Source: Bacteroidales bacterium (GTDB lineage Bacteria > Bacteroidota > Bacteroidia > Bacteroidales > UBA932). Taken from it: 39,710 nucleotides of DNA. Both the position numbers and the translations under genes were made by a program. Location of the stretch: positions 1 to 39,710 of the forward strand of contig JAFZML010000181.1 in assembly GCA_017553255.1 (NCBI GenBank), read 5' to 3'. The notes under the pieces are model-generated. The model worked only from the letters and a program-made list of their open reading frames with translations. It was not told the DNA's origin and did no database searches. Numbering within the stretch: position 1 is the first letter of the stretch; the number at the start of each line of letters is the position of its first letter. Below, piece after piece: positions 9,893 through 19,054 of this stretch.

Positions 9893-9932
9893 TTGTCTTT
9901 TGTCATTAGTTGTTAATACTTTTCTTTTACAC

Positions 9933-10059
9933 GGACACCGGGAGCACGAATCAGTGTCCGTGTAGGTCTTTTGGGCACTTGCGGACACCGGGAGGAGGAA
10001 TCCGTGTCCAATGTGGCGTTTTTGGCGTTTGCGGGCACCTGGGGGGCCGATTCCGTGTC
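9933..10059. repeat. Right tandem array: 3 hairpin units at exact 50-bp period
   Basis: Units start at 9933, 9983 and 10033, in the same orientation as the left array. Linkers gtgtaggtcttttgggcacttgc and aatgtggcgtttttggcgtttgc each differ by one base from left linkers 2 and 3. Confidence 0.95.
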
Positions 10060-10075
10060 CGTTGGACGTCATCGG

Positions 10076-11689
10076 TCACAACCCGCACTGGAGTTGGAGA
10101 TTCAGCGTGGGAGCGAAGGGACGGCCTACCCGTAAGAGGCCGGAGGCGCGGAGATAGACGCGGAGGTCCAGGCGGCCGAGGCGCCACTTCACGGCGCCGG
10201 TGGCGGAGAGGGATGCGCCGCGGCCGTAATAGGCCGGGACGGAGAATGTTCCGGGAGCGTCTCTCTCATACACATAAATACGTGCCGCCCAATTGTCTAC
10301 CATAAACCCGGTTACGCGGAAATAGGCCGAAAATCCCGCACGGGGCGTTTCCCCCTTGTATCCGCCTTCCAGGTATCCGAGATATCCCCAGCGCTCACAG
10401 TGAACACCTTCCAGCCTAAGAACTGAAAGCCAGGAACCTGAGGTAAAACGAAGGTCACCTCTGAGGTCCGTGCGTGGTGCCTCGTAATTCCGATACCTTT
10501 CCGTGACGCGGCCTTCAAATGACCACAAATCGGTAATAATCCATTGGGTACGCCCGTATGCACGTAGCTGGAAGCGTCCCGGGTCCGTATAAGGTATTGG
10601 AAGAAGTGCTGCATCGGCCGTCACGGATGCAATGACCTTCCGGTTCCGGAATTCCAGCCCTGCCGCAGCGGCGTACTCACCGTTCTTCTTGCCGGAGTAT
10701 TTCATGGGCACAACCCTCCCCTGCAGCGCCAGGCGGAAATATTCCCCCAGAGATACCTTGAAGGCCGATATTCCTGCCAGAGACCCGTTCCTGAAAGAGA
10801 GCTCCCCACTAAGGAGTGCGCCCCTCAGGTTAAGCTTTGCATCGGCCGAAACCATCCATTTTGCCGATGGCGATGACGCTGCTGTGAAACCCGCCTGGAA
10901 GCGTTTTCCAAGGAACTCTCCCCTGGCCCCGAAGGTGCGGTCTAAGGACCCGAACGCCTGCGCCCTCCAGTGGAGGGAAGAATATTCGTAGGCAAGGCCC
11001 CTTTGGACCCCGGAACTGGTAAAAGACCACACCGGAGATATGCCCTGGGCACGCTTCAGGAAGGCATCAACGGTGGAGAGGCTCTCCATTGAGAACCCCG
11101 TCCAGAGGCCAATTCCTTCCGCAAAACGTATCTTGTAATCCCCCGCAACAATGCGGTGGTTCCCAAGGGTAGCCTCACCAAAGAAGGTCCCGTCCCAGTT
11201 CTTGAAGCCACCGGCACATCTCACGGCGCCGCCAGCTCTCCAGGAACGCCCGGTTACCTTCACTTTTCCTCCGGCCGAAGTAAGCGTCCCGCGTAGCAGC
11301 GTCTGCGTCTTTATCCGGACGGTGTCCGCAGCTCCGGGAAGGCGAGAGGATTCCAGCGAGAGGAATGGCCGGAGAACTTCTACATCGGCCTTTGTAAATC
11401 CCTCAAGGAGAGAGAGTTCCTCCCAGGAAAGGATATCCCCGGAGGTGGCCCTGTAATCCCTTATCACCGCCACCTGGTAATCAGAAAGGATGGCCGATGC
11501 GCGGAGGTGGTTCGAGTTCACCTTCACCGGCCTTCCCCGGCGGGATTCCAGGATGTCCACAATCCCCTCATCAACCTCTTCCTCAGACCCTGCTCCGCTA
11601 AGCAGCATGGCCGCCCGGAGTACCTCCTGATCCTGCGCCGCCGCGGGTAATGCAAGCGCCAGAAACAATATTCCCACGTACTTTCTCAT
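10076..11689 (-). CDS. Secreted Bacteroidota protein with degenerate helix-hairpin-helix (ComEA-like) N-terminus and probable beta-barrel C-terminus
   Basis: Signal peptide; LSDYQVAVIRDYRATSGDILSWEELSLLEGF (HhH-like), VAGDYKIRFAEGIGLW, RIYVYERD...FSVPAYYGRG. Confidence 0.65.
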   Translation of the reverse strand: MRKYVGILFLALALPAAAQDQEVLRAAMLLSGAGSEEEVDEGIVDILESRRGRPVKVNSNHLRASAILSDYQVAVIRDYRATSGDILSWEELSLLEGFTKADVEVLRPFLSLESSRLPGAADTVRIKTQTLLRGTLTSAGGKVKVTGRSWRAGGAVRCAGGFKNWDGTFFGEATLGNHRIVAGDYKIRFAEGIGLWTGFSMESLSTVDAFLKRAQGISPVWSFTSSGVQRGLAYEYSSLHWRAQAFGSLDRTFGARGEFLGKRFQAGFTAASSPSAKWMVSADAKLNLRGALLSGELSFRNGSLAGISAFKVSLGEYFRLALQGRVVPMKYSGKKNGEYAAAAGLEFRNRKVIASVTADAALLPIPYTDPGRFQLRAYGRTQWIITDLWSFEGRVTERYRNYEAPRTDLRGDLRFTSGSWLSVLRLEGVHCERWGYLGYLEGGYKGETPRAGFSAYFRVTGFMVDNWAARIYVYERDAPGTFSVPAYYGRGASLSATGAVKWRLGRLDLRVYLRASGLLRVGRPFAPTLNLQLQCGL

Positions 11690-11775
11690 GCCCCAATTTA
11701 CCTAAGAAAAACGCCATTTTGAAGGGGGTGTTGATAACTTGTGTTGTTTCACGTGTTTTTTTTGATGTTTTTTGT

Positions 11776-11783
11776 TAAATTTG
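11776..11783 (+). promoter_or_regulatory. Bacteroidota -7 promoter element (TAAATTTG) for the hpt-adk operon
   Basis: TAnnTTTG 20 nt upstream of the hpt ATG. Confidence 0.65.
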
Positions 11784-11803
11784 CAAAACCGCTGCTTTTT
11801 CCT

Positions 11804-12358
11804 ATGGAAAAAAAGATCACTTTACACGACAAAACGTTCAAGTTGTATATCCCAAATGAGGATATAGAAAAGGCAATTGATGAGATTGCCTCCAAAATGA
11901 ACCGGGATTTCTCTGACAGCACGGACTCTCATCACCCCATTATGCTTTGCACCCTCAACGGTGCCGTACTGTATGCCGCAGAGCTTCTGAAACGCCTCAC
12001 CTTCCCCGTGGAGTTCAAGGCAATGAAGCTTAGCTCCTATGAAGGCACACAGTCCACCGGCAAGGTTAAGGCGGAACTTCCAGCCGGTATTGGAGACCTC
12101 AATGGCAAAACCGTCATTGTGGTGGAAGACATCGTGGATACCGGCAACACAATTGTGGCAATGAAGCAGCTGCTGGAGGAAATGGGCGTTGAAAGGATTG
12201 TTGTGTGCACGCTTCTTCTGAAGCCGGAAGTCTACAAGAAGGACGTCAAGCTGGATTACGTTGCCATGAGCATCCCCAACCGCTTCATTGTGGGTTTCGG
12301 CCTTGATTACAATGAGCTTGGCCGCAACATCAAGGATATTTACGTACTGGATCAATAG
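11804..12358 (+). CDS. hpt: Hypoxanthine phosphoribosyltransferase
   Basis: PRPP motif VIVVEDIVDTGNT, LSSYEGT, FIVGFGLDY. Start at ATG 11804. Confidence 0.95.
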   Translation: MEKKITLHDKTFKLYIPNEDIEKAIDEIASKMNRDFSDSTDSHHPIMLCTLNGAVLYAAELLKRLTFPVEFKAMKLSSYEGTQSTGKVKAELPAGIGDLNGKTVIVVEDIVDTGNTIVAMKQLLEEMGVERIVVCTLLLKPEVYKKDVKLDYVAMSIPNRFIVGFGLDYNELGRNIKDIYVLDQ

Positions 12359-12365
12359 TGTCATT

Positions 12366-12938
12366 ATGAAATACTTTGTTCTCTTTGGCCCTCCCGGAGC
12401 TGGCAAGGGCACCCAGGCAGGCGCAATGGTAGAGCGCTACAATCTCTGTCATCTTTCTACCGGTGAACTTCTCCGCGCTGAAATTGCTGCCGCCACTCCT
12501 CTTGGCCTCCAGGCAAAAAGCCTCATAGAGGCCGGAAACCTTGTTCCGGACTCCGTGGTTGAAGGCATGATAGAGGCAAAATTCCGTGACACAAAGGGCG
12601 TAGACGGCTTCCTCCTGGACGGTTTCCCCCGCACAATTGCCCAGGCCCAGGCCCTGGACGGGATGCTTAAAAAGAGCGCCCAGGCAGTTACAGGCTGCGT
12701 CTCAATAATGATTCCGGACGCACTCATACATGAACGCATAGCTCACAGGGCAAACATTGAAGGCCGCGCAGATGACGCAAAGCCTGAGGTGGTGGAAAAC
12801 CGCATTGCCACGTATCACGCCAAAACTGAGCCCCTTATAGAATATTACCGCCAGGTCGGCAAATACTTTGAGATAGACGGTACCGGAACCATAGAAAAGG
12901 TCCGGGAAAGGATATTTGCCACTATGGATAAACTCTGA
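12366..12938 (+). CDS. adk: Adenylate kinase (short LID type)
   Basis: GPPGAGKGTQA, STGELLR, GFLLDGFPRT, GRADD. Start at ATG 12366. Confidence 0.96.
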   Translation: MKYFVLFGPPGAGKGTQAGAMVERYNLCHLSTGELLRAEIAAATPLGLQAKSLIEAGNLVPDSVVEGMIEAKFRDTKGVDGFLLDGFPRTIAQAQALDGMLKKSAQAVTGCVSIMIPDALIHERIAHRANIEGRADDAKPEVVENRIATYHAKTEPLIEYYRQVGKYFEIDGTGTIEKVRERIFATMDKL

Positions 12939-12942
12939 TTGA

Positions 12943-15432
12943 ATGCATAGGATTTTTCTCCCACTATACCATTTTTTCAAGGCTCACAAGGCCCTGATGT
13001 ATGTCATAATGATTGCATCGGCCCTTGTATTTGCCATCTTCGGATTCCAGCTCCGCTTTGAGGAAGACATAATTAAACTGCTCCCCCACAGCGCCACCTC
13101 CAATGAAATGGCCTTCAGTGACATGAGCCTCAAGGACAAGGTTTTCATCCAGCTCACGTCTGCCAACCCAGAGGACCCTGTAGAATCCTGGCGCCTTGGA
13201 GAATGCATGGAGGAGTATTGCAACCTTATTCAGGAAAGGGACAGCGCAACCCATTTCATCAGTAACCTCCTGTGTACCCTGGAGGCCGATATGGCACTCT
13301 CCGCCATGGATTACGCCCTCACCTATCTGCCAACCTTTGTGGATCCCGCATGGTATCCCTCCATCCAGGAATCCCTTTCAAGGGAAAGGATAGACTCCGT
13401 GATGGCCGTGAACTATGATATGGTGATGGAGGATGAAACCGGAGAGCTTTCCCAGCTTGTTGCAATGGACCCCCTGAGCCTCAGGGATATACTTCTTCCC
13501 GGCATCCTGGGAGAAGATTCCGCAATGGGCGGTTTCGCCTTTGAGGACGGCCATCTGTTTTGCCCGGACAAAACCGTTGCCCTGGCCTTCCTCTCCCCTT
13601 CCTTCGGCTATACAAATTCCGGCGTAGCCACCAAGTTCAATAACCTTCTCAGAAAGGCTGCAAAAGATTACTGCCAGGAAAACCCGGATGTCCGTATCCT
13701 TATCCACGGAAATCCCCAGGCCAGTTTCTCAAACGCCAATGCCATCAAGCATGACCTTGTTTGGACGGTTGGCCTGTCACTTCTGGTGATCCTTCTCATG
13801 ATGATCCTGAGCTTCCACTCGTTCAGGTTTGTGTGGCAGCAGGTTGTCCCTGTTATCTACGGAGCGCTGTTCTCCCTGGCCTGCATATACTGGATCAAGG
13901 GTTACGTATCCCTCATGGCCCTTGGCTTTGGCGTCATTATCCTTGGCGTTGCCATAAGCTACTGCTTGCATATTCTCATACATTTCTACTATGTGGGAAG
14001 AGTGGAAACCATGCTCAGGGAAGAAAGCACGCCCGTATTCCTTGGCATGCTCACCACCATTGGCGCGTTCATGGGCCTCCTGTTCACGGAAAGTGACCTC
14101 CTCAGGGACTTCGGCCTGTTTGCAACGTTCTCCCTCATTGGCAGCACGCTTTATGCGCTTATCTTCCTGCCTCACTTCATGAGCGAGGACCAAATCCATT
14201 TCAAGAAGGTGAAGGGCTTCCCGCTGGTGGATAAGGTGAATAACCTGCCCTGGGATACAAACAAATGGATTATCGGCACAATGATATTCCTCATTGTTGT
14301 GGGCGTTGCCCTTAGCCCCCGCGTCAAGTTTGACTCAGACCTTAGGAACCTGGATTTCAACGACGCAGCGCTTCTTGAAAGCGAAACCCTCTACAATGAG
14401 AAGAATGCCGATGGCTACTCCCACCAGTACTTCGCCGCATACGCGGATAATCTGGACGACGCCCTGGAGTACAACAAGGGCATGTTCCAGGCCCTGGACT
14501 CCCTGAAGGAAGCCGGCATAGCAAAATCCTGGTCAACGGTAACCGGGTTGCTGTTCCATTCCCAGAAGGAACAGGAGGAGAGAATTCAGGCTTGGAACGC
14601 ATTCTGGACAAGGTCCAAGGTGGCTCAGCTTAAGAGAAACCTCAGGGAATCTGCCGTCCAGCACGGCCTGCCCTCAGATATGTTTGACAGCTTTGTGGGC
14701 CTCCTGGATGCCAAATATGAACCCGGAAACCTGTATGAGTCCGGAATCATTCCTCCGGGCCTTCTTTCAAATTACATAGAGCAGCAGAAGAGCGGCCGTT
14801 TCCTGGTGTTCACGGATGTCTCCTATGAAGAACCAGTGCGTGACGTAGTTTGGGGCACCCTGGCAAAATGTCCTAATGTAATTGTACTGGAGCCTTTCTT
14901 CTATTGCCGTGACATGGTTGAGATTGTCCACGACGACTTCAACACCACAGTCTGGATTTCCTCACTGTTCGTGCTAATAGTGCTTCTTATCAGCTTCAAG
15001 AACCTCTGGATAGCGCTCATAGCGTTCTTCCCCATGTTCATAAGCTGGTTCGTGATGCAGGGCTTCATGTCAATCTTCGGCCTGGAATTCAACCTGATCA
15101 ATATTGTTATTGCCACCTTCATCTACGGCATTGGCGTAGACTACAGCATATTTGTTATGGAGGGCCTTCTGAAGGAAGCCCGCACCGGTCAAAGGGATAT
15201 GCTGGAATTCCATAAGGTGGCCATATTCTACAGTGCCGCCGTGCTTGTGATAGTGGTTTCATCACTCATTTTCGCAAAGCACCCGTCACTGCACTCAATT
15301 GGTATAATCACTCTTATCGGTATGGCTTCTACCATACTCATAACGTACTCCCTGCAGCCCTGGGCTTTCCGCCTCCTTTGCAAGGTGCCCGCCTTCAGGC
15401 GCAGGTTTAAAATCCCTGACAAGGAGAAATGA
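12943..15432 (+). CDS. MMPL/RND-family lipid transporter
   Basis: Two multi-TM blocks separated by large soluble loops; GVAISYCLH and GIGVDYSIF motifs. Paralogous to 25314..27995. Confidence 0.88.
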   Translation: MHRIFLPLYHFFKAHKALMYVIMIASALVFAIFGFQLRFEEDIIKLLPHSATSNEMAFSDMSLKDKVFIQLTSANPEDPVESWRLGECMEEYCNLIQERDSATHFISNLLCTLEADMALSAMDYALTYLPTFVDPAWYPSIQESLSRERIDSVMAVNYDMVMEDETGELSQLVAMDPLSLRDILLPGILGEDSAMGGFAFEDGHLFCPDKTVALAFLSPSFGYTNSGVATKFNNLLRKAAKDYCQENPDVRILIHGNPQASFSNANAIKHDLVWTVGLSLLVILLMMILSFHSFRFVWQQVVPVIYGALFSLACIYWIKGYVSLMALGFGVIILGVAISYCLHILIHFYYVGRVETMLREESTPVFLGMLTTIGAFMGLLFTESDLLRDFGLFATFSLIGSTLYALIFLPHFMSEDQIHFKKVKGFPLVDKVNNLPWDTNKWIIGTMIFLIVVGVALSPRVKFDSDLRNLDFNDAALLESETLYNEKNADGYSHQYFAAYADNLDDALEYNKGMFQALDSLKEAGIAKSWSTVTGLLFHSQKEQEERIQAWNAFWTRSKVAQLKRNLRESAVQHGLPSDMFDSFVGLLDAKYEPGNLYESGIIPPGLLSNYIEQQKSGRFLVFTDVSYEEPVRDVVWGTLAKCPNVIVLEPFFYCRDMVEIVHDDFNTTVWISSLFVLIVLLISFKNLWIALIAFFPMFISWFVMQGFMSIFGLEFNLINIVIATFIYGIGVDYSIFVMEGLLKEARTGQRDMLEFHKVAIFYSAAVLVIVVSSLIFAKHPSLHSIGIITLIGMASTILITYSLQPWAFRLLCKVPAFRRRFKIPDKEK

Positions 15433-17030
15433 TACAGCTGGACGCGGAAACTTACCTGAACCTTGTGCGCGGCGGCGCCGCTCGGCTTGCCGAAAACCGC
15501 CAAACCATCAATGATCTCAATGTCTTCCCTATCCCTGACGGAGATACGGGAGACAATATGTATATGACAATTGAAGCGGGCTCATCCGCTACCGGAAGCA
15601 CCCTTGAAGAAATGGCCGGCTCCGTTTCTTCCGGCATGCTCCTTGGCGCCCGCGGAAATTCCGGCGTTATCCTTTCACGCATATTCGCAGGCCTGGCAAA
15701 AGGCTTTAAGGGCCTCAAAAAGGCCGATATAAAGGAATTCGGCCAGGCTATGCGCTGCGCAGTGAAAGAAGCCTACACTGCAGTTTCCCAGCCCGTAGAG
15801 GGCACCATTCTCACAGTTATGAGGGAAGGCGTGGATGCCGCAGAGGGCTCTTCTTCCATAGAGGAATTCCTGGACCTTTGGATTGCCGGAATGGACCTTA
15901 GCCTCCAGCACACCCCGGAGCTTCTGGACGTCCTTAAGAAGGCCGGTGTTGTGGACAGCGGCGGCGCAGGCCTCCTTTGCATTGGAGAAGGCATGAGGGC
16001 GGCCCTGAAGGGTGAGATTACTTTTGAGAACCTCCCCTCTTCCCAGGGCGTTCCCGCCGCAAAGGTGGATTTCAATGCCTTTACAGAAGACAGCGTCCTT
16101 GAATTTGGCTACTGCACGGAATTCCTCCTGAGGCTCCAGCGCTCAAAAGTGGACCTTGTGAGCTTTGATGAATCCGTTATCCATGACTGGCTGGCATCTC
16201 AGGGAGATTCCCTGGTGTTTTTCCGTGACGGAAGCATAATAAAGGTGCATGTCCATACCAAGGACCCCGGCGCAATTCTTACAAAGTGCCGTGAGTGGGG
16301 TGAATTCCTCACCATAAAGGTGGAGAACATGACTCTCCAGCACCATGAGAACCACATGGATGAGCGTTTCAAGCGTACCCGCAAGGCTCTTGGCGTGGTG
16401 TCAGTTGCCGCCGGAAAGGGGCTCAGCTCCTCATTTAAGGAAATGGGCGCGGATTACGTGATAGAGGGCGGCCAAACCATGAACCCCTCTGTGGAGCGCT
16501 TCCTGGAGGCCTTTGATGCCGTGGACGCAGAAACCATCCTGGTTTTCCCAAACAACTCCAATATTATCCTCACGGCCAATCAGGCATCGGCCCTTTATGA
16601 TAAGGCAAAGATTGTTGTAATCCCAACCAAAACCATCTCCGAAGGCTATTACGCCCTTGCAAACCTTGACGCAGAGCAAAGCCTGGAAGACATGACAGCC
16701 ACTCTTAAGGAGGCTGCGGCGTCCGTTACCACCGGAATGATATCCCGTGCTATCCGTGACACGGAAATAGCTAAAACCGGAGATTTTGTGGGTTTCAGCG
16801 GCAAAGAGCTCCTTTGCGGTTCCCCGGACCGTCAGGAAGCCGTAAAATGCCTTGCCGGGAAACTGGATGCCGGTAATGCGGATATCTTTATCATCTTCAA
16901 GGGAGAGGACTCCCCCACTGATGAAGCGGAAGCTCTTCAGGCATACTTTGAAAAGACTTATTCCCGTACGGAAGTTATCCTTCTGGACGGCGGCCAACCT
17001 GTATATGATTATATTTTACTGATATGCTAA
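15429..17030 (+). CDS. fakA: DAK2-domain fatty acid kinase catalytic subunit (FakA/YloV family)
   Basis: LNVFPIPDGDTGDNM, GARGNSGVILS, GVVDSGG, FGYCTEF, KVHVHT, GGQTMNPS, GGQPVYDY. Confidence 0.9.
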   Translation: MIQLDAETYLNLVRGGAARLAENRQTINDLNVFPIPDGDTGDNMYMTIEAGSSATGSTLEEMAGSVSSGMLLGARGNSGVILSRIFAGLAKGFKGLKKADIKEFGQAMRCAVKEAYTAVSQPVEGTILTVMREGVDAAEGSSSIEEFLDLWIAGMDLSLQHTPELLDVLKKAGVVDSGGAGLLCIGEGMRAALKGEITFENLPSSQGVPAAKVDFNAFTEDSVLEFGYCTEFLLRLQRSKVDLVSFDESVIHDWLASQGDSLVFFRDGSIIKVHVHTKDPGAILTKCREWGEFLTIKVENMTLQHHENHMDERFKRTRKALGVVSVAAGKGLSSSFKEMGADYVIEGGQTMNPSVERFLEAFDAVDAETILVFPNNSNIILTANQASALYDKAKIVVIPTKTISEGYYALANLDAEQSLEDMTATLKEAAASVTTGMISRAIRDTEIAKTGDFVGFSGKELLCGSPDRQEAVKCLAGKLDAGNADIFIIFKGEDSPTDEAEALQAYFEKTYSRTEVILLDGGQPVYDYILLIC

Positions 17031-17890
17031 AACTCTACACTGACACAGACACCGATTTCTATCCGTCACTGGCGGCCGAATACGGTTACAAGCTTATCTC
17101 TATGCCCTACAGCATAGATGCCAAAACCACATACCCTTACGTGGATTTTGAGACCTTTGACGGTCACGCATTCTATGACACCCTCCGCGGCGGCGTGCTT
17201 CCTACCACAAGCGCCATCTCCAAGGAACAGTACATGAATTACTTCATCAAGGACTTCATTGAGGGCAACGAAATCCTTTACGTGCATTTCTCCAGGGCCA
17301 TGACCAACACCTTCGACGCCATGGACCAGGCAATAGCGGAGCTCAAGTCCAAGTATCCCAAGGCCCGCTTTGAGGAAATTGACACCAAGGGTATAACCAC
17401 CATAAGCTACGCCATCGTGCGTGAGGTAGGAGACCTTGTAAAAGCAGGAAAAACCCTTGATGAGATACTTGAGTGGGCAAAAACGGAGGTAGACAAGTTT
17501 GCAATGTACTTCTTTGCCGATGACCTCAAGTTCTTCCGTCGCAGCGGCCGTGTAAGCGGTCTTGCAGCCACCATGGGAACAATAATCGGCGTACGTCCCC
17601 TCATCCACATGAGCCAGGAAGGCAAGATGGTTTCTGTTGGCACCGCCAAGGGCAGGAACAAAGCCATGACTTATCTTGTGGACAAGGTTGGAGAAATTGG
17701 TGAAGACATTGCCGCCCACCGTATCTGCATCGGCCATACAGACGCCCCTGAAATTGCAGAGGAGCTTGGCCGCATGATAGAAGAGAAATACGGCAAGCAG
17801 AACATTGTTTACGTATACGTGAACCCCACCGCCGGCAGCCACTGCGGCCCCAACGGCGTTGGCGTATGCTTCCATGCGTTGCACCGTTAA
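17024..17890 (+). CDS. DegV-family fatty acid-binding protein (FakB-like)
   Basis: TDTDTD N-terminus, PTTSA, DDLKFFRRSGRVS, IGH, GSHCGPNGVGV. Confidence 0.92.
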   Translation: MLKLYTDTDTDFYPSLAAEYGYKLISMPYSIDAKTTYPYVDFETFDGHAFYDTLRGGVLPTTSAISKEQYMNYFIKDFIEGNEILYVHFSRAMTNTFDAMDQAIAELKSKYPKARFEEIDTKGITTISYAIVREVGDLVKAGKTLDEILEWAKTEVDKFAMYFFADDLKFFRRSGRVSGLAATMGTIIGVRPLIHMSQEGKMVSVGTAKGRNKAMTYLVDKVGEIGEDIAAHRICIGHTDAPEIAEELGRMIEEKYGKQNIVYVYVNPTAGSHCGPNGVGVCFHALHR

Positions 17891-17891
17891 T

Positions 17892-17918
17892 TGTCATTCT
17901 GAGCAAAGCGAAGAATCT
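17892..17918 (+). repeat. TGTCAT...ATCT-tagged palindromic repeat filling the degV-GNAT gap
   Basis: tgtcattctgagcaaagcgaagaatct, directly followed by ATG 17919. Confidence 0.9.
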
Positions 17919-19046
17919 ATGATTGAAATCAGAGAAGTCAAAACCTGCAAGGAGCGGAGGGAGTTCCTGAACTTCCCGCTGGACCTGTACAAGGGGAATC
18001 CGTATTACATTCCCCCCATGTACATGGATGAGCAGAAGATATTCCGCAAGGATTACGTGTACAATTCAAGCTGTGATTCCGTATTCTTCAACGCTTACAA
18101 GGACGGAGTCATTGTTGGCCGAATCCAGGGCATAATCCAGAGGGACGCAAATGCCAAGAACGGAGAGAAACGCGCACGTTTCACCCGTATTGAGGCGACG
18201 GATGACCATGAGGTATTCAAGGCCCTGATGGACGCTGCAGAATCCTGGGCAAGGGAAAAGGGCATGGATACAATCCAGGGCCCCATAGGCTATTCAGACC
18301 TTGAAAAGGAAGGCCTCCTAATTGAAGGTTTTGATGTGCCGGGCACCTTTGTCACCACCTATAACCATCCTTATTACCAGAAGCACATAGAAGCTCTTGG
18401 GTACAAGAAAGAGGTGGATTACACCGGTTCCTTCCTCTACGGCCCGGAATCAGATGAAACCCTTGAGGAAATGGAGAAGCTTGTGGAATTCATCTTCAAG
18501 CGCTATAAGCTCCATTTTGGAGAGTCAAAGAACGGCGCGGATTTCATGAAAAAATACGCCAACGGCATCTTCAACCTCATGGACATGTCCTACGAGGGCC
18601 TCTACGGCACCGTCCCCTTCACTGAGGGCATGCGTAAGCTCATGCTGGATAACTTCGGCCTGGTGATAGATCCCAAGTATTCCGCTATCATTCTTGATGA
18701 GAATGAAAAGCCCGTTTGCTTCGGCCTTGCTATTCCTTCCCTTAACAGGGCCTTCCAGGGCACCAGGGGCCATATTACGCCCGGGGTTGCAGTCCGTTTC
18801 CTCAAGTGCAAGATGCACCCGGATTGCCTTAACCTCTGCATCATTGGCGCAGACCCTGAATACCTGAACCGCGGTGTGTCGGCCGCCCTCTCCCTTGCCA
18901 TCATGAAAATGCTCAAGGAAGATCCCAACCTCAAGTATGCCGATACCTGCATTAACCTTGAAGACAATTACGCTATTCAGAACCAGTGGAAGCGTTTCAA
19001 AAGGGAAATCCCCAAGCGCTACCGTGCATACGTTAAAGCACTTTAA
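17919..19046 (+). CDS. GNAT-fold acyltransferase (YghO / bacterial ceramide synthase-like)
   Basis: EFLNFPLDLYKGNPYYIPP, VGRIQGII, GPIGYSDLEKEGLLIEGFD, YNHPYY, DPEYLNRGV, LEDN. The start is 17919; the listed extension is translated repeat. Confidence 0.7.
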   Translation: MIEIREVKTCKERREFLNFPLDLYKGNPYYIPPMYMDEQKIFRKDYVYNSSCDSVFFNAYKDGVIVGRIQGIIQRDANAKNGEKRARFTRIEATDDHEVFKALMDAAESWAREKGMDTIQGPIGYSDLEKEGLLIEGFDVPGTFVTTYNHPYYQKHIEALGYKKEVDYTGSFLYGPESDETLEEMEKLVEFIFKRYKLHFGESKNGADFMKKYANGIFNLMDMSYEGLYGTVPFTEGMRKLMLDNFGLVIDPKYSAIILDENEKPVCFGLAIPSLNRAFQGTRGHITPGVAVRFLKCKMHPDCLNLCIIGADPEYLNRGVSAALSLAIMKMLKEDPNLKYADTCINLEDNYAIQNQWKRFKREIPKRYRAYVKAL

Positions 19047-19054
19047 CTCCCATC

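Larger units (their letters stand above)
8795..10059. mobile_element. Putative RAYT-REP locus: transposase gene bracketed by direct hairpin arrays
   Basis: The gene plus both arrays fill the interval between two unrelated convergent genes. 8845-8971 and 9933-10059 are imperfect 127-bp direct repeats. Confidence 0.65.

Noticed and set aside
9901-9907. TGTCATT just upstream of the transposase start as a link between the two repeat families
   Set aside because: It is only a 7-mer with no hairpin or ATCT end, and could be chance.
8872-9966. GTAG within one linker type as a classical REP tag
   Set aside because: It occurs in only one of three linker types and lies 3' of the hairpin rather than at its 5' foot, so it is not enough to call these GTAG-family REPs.
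8795-10059. CRISPR array interpretation of the 50-bp repeats
   Set aside because: The linkers are related to one another and duplicated between arrays rather than unique, the repeats vary internally, and there are no cas genes in the window.
9893-10072. N-terminal 60 aa of the listed 365-aa ORF, and small ORFs 8720..8950, 8816..9052, 8841..9101, 9910..10305 and 9951..10187
   Set aside because: These are translations of the repeat arrays. The same peptides appear from both arrays, and the 50-bp pitch is not codon-phased.
17859-17918. Extended N-terminus of the GNAT ORF (…CHSEQSEES)
   Set aside because: It overlaps degV and is translated repeat; ATG 17919 gives a family-typical start.
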